NCBI RefSeq assembly: GCF_006345805.1
Contig: NW_021835587.1
Location: 1 to 26,279, forward strand
Length of the DNA stretch: 26,279 nucleotides
Direction: 5' to 3'
Origin: Octopus sinensis
Taxonomy: Eukaryota
Both the position numbers and the translations under genes were made by a program. Shown here in pieces: positions 21,007 through 26,279 of the stretch. Below the pieces are notes generated by a model. It ran no database searches, was not told the DNA's origin, and saw only the letters and a list, made by a program, of their open reading frames with translations. Every line of letters begins with the position of its first letter. The stretch's first letter is position 1.

Positions 21007-21541
21007 GATATTCTACCCATCCTGCCATCTGCATACTCAAATAGCAATTCAAGTCCGACATCACCACGCACACCACCACCTCATTATAGCTACCATTCCT
21101 TCCTCCCTTTCCATCACCTTCCACTCCTCTCCACCAAATACCGACAGGAATGCCCACACACCCCAATCAACCTGTTCATTGGTCAAAATTGATAAACAGC
21201 CCTCAGTGAAACATCCATTAATGCTACTTCTTCTGAAGAAATGAATGAATGAACATGATCTACTCGATGTCCATGGATACTACGGACTGCACATCTCAGG
21301 AATACGGACTATGATCATAAGAAATATGTAATTTATGGAAATGCGTGTAGCGATGCTTTAAAATATTCATAAATTCCATCCAAAGTTTATTATCTATTAC
21401 TATATTTATTCTACATTATGTCGGTACAGCTCTGTCCCAAAAGACTGGTATCACTAGTTGGCCTCATCAGGCCGTAGTTGGCATAATAAAACAGAAACAT
21501 TTATATGCATATTCAAAACGTTGCCCGTAAATGAAATTAAA

Positions 21542-21572
<31 letters not shown>

Positions 21573-21826
21573 GTGCGCGTGTGTGCGTGTGTGCATGTGC
21601 GTGTGTGTGTGTTTGACTATGTTGTTTTGTGCAATCTTCAAGAGCAATAGTAAAGAAGTTGGTTGTTTTTCTAGGAAGATGCGTGACACACGAGTGGCTC
21701 TCTGGTAGTGTTAGTGGTTTATGGTAGTGGTGGTGGTAGTAGTGATGGTGTTAGTAGGGTGAGGATGCTGATGGTAGCTATAGCTGTAGCAAGAAAGGTA
21801 TTGATGGTAGTGTGATGGCAGTGGTC

Positions 21827-21862
<36 letters not shown>

Positions 21863-22329
21863 TGATGTTGTTGTTGTTTAGTAACATACCAAATTGATTT
21901 ATAAATTGCATAAATGTTACATCTCATGTTCCCTTCTTTCTAAATCGACTTACGTTGTTATTGATGGTTTAATTTTGAGCAGATAGGGCAGGCAAGCATT
22001 TGTAAGTGGAAGATCGCAGTATTTCAGACACTAGCTGTAGCTTTAAAAATGTATTTTATGACTAGCAAGTATTCGGCAGTAATCGGACACAAAGACCAAA
22101 CACATGTAGAATGTATGACCATCATTTGCGTCTAAAAATTATAAGCAAACACTTTATCTAGTTAATTAAATCAAACACTAATTTCATTTAGACTCTGTTT
22201 ACGTGTAAAGTCTATTTGAACATGTTTTTCAAAGTATGAATGTGTGATCATGCGTTTATATATCACCCGTGTCACCTGTAACGACCTGACAAGTAGATGT
22301 CGCTATAAATCATAGGTCAGAATGTGCTT

Positions 22330-22615
22330 TCATTTCTTTCTTTAATGCGCTCTTCTTTTCGATCTTGGCCCAACTAAATCGTTTTTCTATCGCTATGGAA
22401 CTCTTCCGTATATCGTTCTCCGATCTCTTGGAACATGTGGAATTTTTACGCTCGGTATTCTTCGATCACGCCATTCACTTACTTCGTTCTCGAATCAACT
22501 CGTATCCGACATGCTCTGGCAATCGTATTCCTAGCATAGATCTTGGCATGGCCCTTTGTGTCGTATCTAGTTGATTCTCTTCTCTTTTCGCAGTAGCCCA
22601 CGTCTTTCAGTCTTT
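22330..22615 (-). mobile_element. RTE-clade LINE RT C-terminal fragment
   Basis: Minus strand: TWATAKREENQLDTTQRAMPRSMLGIRL..ELIRERS..VIEEYR...PRDRR..GR.P, resembling RTE ETW..QRAMERSMLG motifs. Confidence 0.7.
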
Positions 22616-22659
22616 CAAAGAAGGACGGTGAGTTCCACTAGAGCTGGTTCCCTGATAGA

Positions 22660-22680
22660 CATCATCATCATCATACTCAT

Positions 22681-22718
<38 letters not shown>

Positions 22719-22738
22719 TACTACTACTACTACTACTA
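22660..22738. repeat. (CAT)n(TAC)n
   Basis: Directly visible. Confidence 0.9.
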
Positions 22739-22739
22739 A

Positions 22740-22902
22740 GGCGGTGAACTGGCTGGGTTCTCGGTGTGTCGGACAAAATTCTCTGTAGTATTTCTTCCTG
22801 CACTTTATGTTCTGAGTTCAAAGTCAGCCAAGAACAATTTAACCCTTTATCCCTCGAGGGTTCACTAAGCTAAAATACCAGTCAAGTACTAGGGTCAATG
22901 GT
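22740..22902 (+). mobile_element. Meta-domain SINE, older diverged copy lacking 3' tail
   Basis: ggcggtgaactggc head, GTTCAAAGTC B-box-like motif, degenerate Meta domain. Confidence 0.6.
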
Positions 22903-22910
22903 CCCCTATA

Positions 22911-23106
22911 ACCGCCGAGCCGAGCAAAATGTTTAGCGATATTTCGTCCGTCTTTACGTTCTGAGTTCAAATGCCGCCGAGTTCGACTTTGCCTTTCATC
23001 CTTTCGGAGTCAATAAAAGCACCAGCAGAGTACTGGGGTCGATGAAATCGACTAGTCCCCCTACCCTTAAATTTCAGGCTTTGTACCTACAGTAGAAAGG
23101 ATTATT
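22911..23106 (+). mobile_element. Meta-domain SINE, younger copy
   Basis: B-box GTTCAAATGCC (22965), Meta-like GCCGAGTTCGACTTTGCCTTTCATCCTTTCGGAGTC, tail ...GTAGAAAGGATTATT. Confidence 0.75.
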
Positions 23107-23636
23107 GTAGTTGTTTTTATTGTTATGTTATACAGCTTAGCACATAACATGGTCAATGACAAGATCTCTTGACCTCCCAGAAGTAGTAGCGAAATTTTCC
23201 TCATATAAACACCATAGAATTAAAACACAATTGCTAATGTACACGAAACACGGAATACATTAAAATATCATGCAAATAGTCATAGCTGGAATCCTAATGA
23301 TCTAATCTGGTGTTAAATTTGGGAGTAAAGAACCCAAGTTTCGAGTCCTGCTAGTAGCAAAAGCTTCACTTCATGACACCGTTCACTGTACGAAAGGCAT
23401 GAAAGCCCTCACATTTCACTGCAATTATATTCTATTATACATGGACTTGATCTTAATAATGATTTTTACTAATTATGATTATTATTTAATTACTCAAATT
23501 ACAGTGATAATTATTGTTGTTGAAAATATAGTTAACTTTATTCTCGTTCTTTTCTTCTTTCTATTTTTACTTTAATTTTTTTTGAATCGCGAATTCCCCT
23601 TCTTATTTTCTTTCTTTCTTTCCCTCTTACTTCATT

Positions 23637-23704
23637 TTCTTCTTCTTCTTCTTCTTCTTCTTCTTCTTCTTCTTCTTCTTCTTCTTCTTCTTCTTCTTCT
23701 TCTG

Positions 23705-23778
<74 letters not shown>
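23637..23778. repeat. (TTC)~22 followed by (ATT)n
   Basis: Directly visible. Confidence 0.95.
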
Positions 23779-25477
<1,699 letters not shown>

Positions 25478-25566
25478 ATTATTATTATTATTGTTGTTGT
25501 AGTTTTGGTTGTTGATTTTGTTGTTGTTGCTATTGTTATTATTTTAGTATTGTTCCTTGGAGCTGA

Positions 25567-25763
25567 GGGTGTTGAGCTGGCATAATCGTTAGCATCCTGG
25601 ACAAAATGTTTAGTGCGATTCCTTCCGGCTCTTTATGATCTGAGTTCAAATGTCACCGAGATCGACTTTGCCTTCTATTCTTTCGGAGTTGATCGAAATA
25701 AAATACCAATCAAATACTGGTGTCGTAAAATTAATCAACCCTCTTCTCTCTCTCCCCAAAATT
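25567..25763 (+). mobile_element. Meta-domain SINE (diverged)
   Basis: gagctggcataatcgttagc head, GTTCAAATGTC, ccgagatcgactttgccttctattctttcggag. Confidence 0.7.
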
Positions 25764-26124
25764 AACAGACTGAAGCAAGTATTTCGTAGCTCTGCAGCAG
25801 TATGAAACCATGCTTTTGAGTGCCACGCCCTCTGCGAGAGAACTAAGATATAATTGAGATCTTTGTACTTTTCGTCACTGTTATCTTAAAAAAAGTTTCA
25901 ATGTATCATATAGATGTAATTTTTGATACCGAATCCGAATTTGCTATTCATTTATTCTAGAAAAAAAATTTGCAAAATTGTTACAGTTGTTCAAATTTGA
26001 TAATTTTCAAAATTTTCGACCAATCAGAAATCAGCGCGTTCGCTGCCTCTTCCATCATCAGGTAGGTGGGGTATTGGCATTTCAAAACATTAAACTAGCT
26101 ACAGTAAAATGAAAATCATGAAAG

Positions 26125-26279
26125 CATTTACGAGCAAATTAAATATTTAAAAGTTACGAACAAACCAAAAGGAGTTGCTAGAAATAACAGTCAACTATTA
26201 AAATATACCCGAGCGAAGTTAACATTAAAACATTCACGGGCAAATTAAATATTTAAAAGTTATGAACAAACCAACAGGA
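26125..26279 (+). repeat. Direct repeat: 49-bp unit twice, 106 bp apart
   Basis: 26125-26173 vs 26231-26279, 45/49 identical; runs to the window edge. Confidence 0.8.

Noticed and set aside
21983-22001. Possible 19-nt micro-exon (GCAG...GTAAGT)
   Set aside because: Weak polypyrimidine tract and no gene context; such matches are expected by chance without RNA data.

Overview
This is AT-rich, repeat-saturated eukaryotic (metazoan) genomic DNA. The mix of SINE types and microsatellites suggests a coleoid cephalopod such as Octopus; this is an inference from remembered repeat families, not a database search. I find no supportable host protein-coding gene, rRNA, true tRNA or CRISPR array. Almost every ORF in the supplied track is a microsatellite artefact or a decayed transposon fragment. 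Recognisable elements are: a hAT-type MITE with an 8-bp TSD; a Penelope-like RT fragment; Helitron/Helentron-type non-autonomous elements; two tRNA-derived SINE families (CORE-like with an internal microsatellite, and Meta-domain); LINE fragments of the Tx1/L1, CR1-like, RTE and R4/Dong clades; and a fused Tc1/mariner pair (DD41D-type plus mariner). The best candidate for an under-described system is a set of retroelements bounded by (AAT)n tracts: an R4/Dong LINE plus three copies of a ~560-bp non-coding element with no Pol III boxes, which looks like a non-autonomous partner. Other notable points are a SINE/CR1-like LINE shared 3' tail, and two copies of a very old R4-like lineage that the ORF track does not reveal as such. 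Family names come from motif recognition by eye, and most boundaries are approximate (about 10-30 bp).
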